64,000 nt of DNA from Mobula hypostoma (Eukaryota): NCBI RefSeq assembly GCF_963921235.1, contig NC_086109.1:27964001-28028000 (forward strand). Reading direction: 5' to 3'. The notes under the pieces were generated by a model, which saw only the letters and a list, made by a program, of their open reading frames with translations, had not been told where the DNA came from and did no database searches. Position 1 is the stretch's first letter. Every line of letters begins with the position of its first letter. Below are positions 62,839 through 64,000 of the stretch, piece by piece. The position numbers and the translations under genes were made by a program.

Positions 62839-64000
62839 CAAATGCATACCCTTGTTGGGCTTGCCAACTCTCAATGTCTCTCAAGATCACAATTTCTTCC
62901 CACTTGAGACTACCTTCCATCAAACCTCCACAATACAGATTTCTCTCTGAAATGAAAACCATCTCCTCCATCAACATCTTCAAAACTCATGACCTATCAC
63001 TTCCTCTGGAGCACAAAGGAATACTACCTTGAGTGTAAAGCTTTGTGTCATTGTAATAAAATATTTATGGGGGTGGGGCAAATAATTTCAACAAGCGCAA
63101 GGCAACTGCAGATCAGTTTAATGCAGCTTTACCGGCCATGATTTTTGTCTGGCTGGTGGAGACACTGATGACCTCTGAATCACACCAACATCTTCATTGA
63201 AATAAATGAATGCCTTCACTGAAATTATTTTTCCCTCTATTCCACACAGACTCACAATATGTTATGATACTTAAATATAGGAATTCACGTCCTATCTTTA
63301 AACTTAGTCCAACTCTTCCTTCTCAGACTATTGTTCATTCATTACTTTTGTTTCTTATAATTAAAACTGTTGTCACTGTGTATGTTGTTACTTACAGTAT
63401 ATTACATTTCAGCTCTTACTTAAAAATACTTCTTCCTAGTTAAATCATCCATCTACCAGTATGCATTTCAGAAATAACTCAGGAAGTCACCCCAGGCTAA
63501 CCCACACTTAACTCAAAGTATTCATTCCAACCTGTCATGATCCAGTCACACCCAGCAGTTTGATTACACCACAAAAATATTTTCTCATCCTGGTGAAGCT
63601 GATAAAAAACAGGATTTTCTGGTATCTTCAATCACCCATTTTCTAAATTAAATAATTCTTCCTTGACCTGCTGCTTAGAAATAGAACTGAGCTCCCATCC
63701 CTTGTACATGTACAATGACTGCTTTACATCTTCAGCTTTGCTGGTCAATTTCATAAAGAGACACCATCAAGAAACTGCAAAAAAATTTGTAACCTCTTCT
63801 TATTCTATAATATATTAAAATTAAGTATTAAAATACTCTGTATAAAATCTAGAAATTCTAACCTGAAATATTATTGCTCCATCTCACAACATTTTAACAT
63901 TCTTACAGAAACCTTTTCACTGAACATATTCTTTCATAGCATATTTCTGACACACAAAGCCAGAGGCCACTTGGTAAGTGCAATGAAAAATTCAGCATGC

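Noticed and set aside
1..64000. Prokaryotic-style systems (CRISPR arrays, operons, defence islands)
   Set aside because: The sequence is spliced vertebrate DNA, and I saw no regularly spaced repeat-spacer arrays or dense gene clusters.

Overview
Eukaryotic (vertebrate) genomic DNA. The repeat content (V-SINE/HE1-like, CR1, Rex1/Babar, Penelope, Tc1) suggests a cartilaginous fish, probably a ray; this is an inference. The only host gene I can support is a kinesin-4 gene of the KIF21 type (closer to KIF21B) on the minus strand. Five coding exons of its motor domain (equivalent to exons 2-6; 223/183/150/135/168 bp, all GT-AG) lie between 9250 and 25161. I did not find exon 1 or exon 7, so the rest of the window is probably intron. 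The introns are packed with transposable elements, often nested. Highlights: (1) a full two-LTR Gmr1-like Gypsy element with a SCAN-like Gag, a protease and an open but catalytically gutted IN-RT remnant, inserted in a Tigger element, with a solo LTR of the same family nearby; (2) an env-only endogenous retrovirus relic inside a Tc1 element, itself interrupted by a palindromic Penelope insertion; (3) several Penelope-type minimal hammerhead ribozymes, where the intact cores are antisense to the host gene and the sense copies have lost a catalytic G; (4) a fold-back Tc1 derivative. Most ORFs in the supplied track are spurious or TE fragments.
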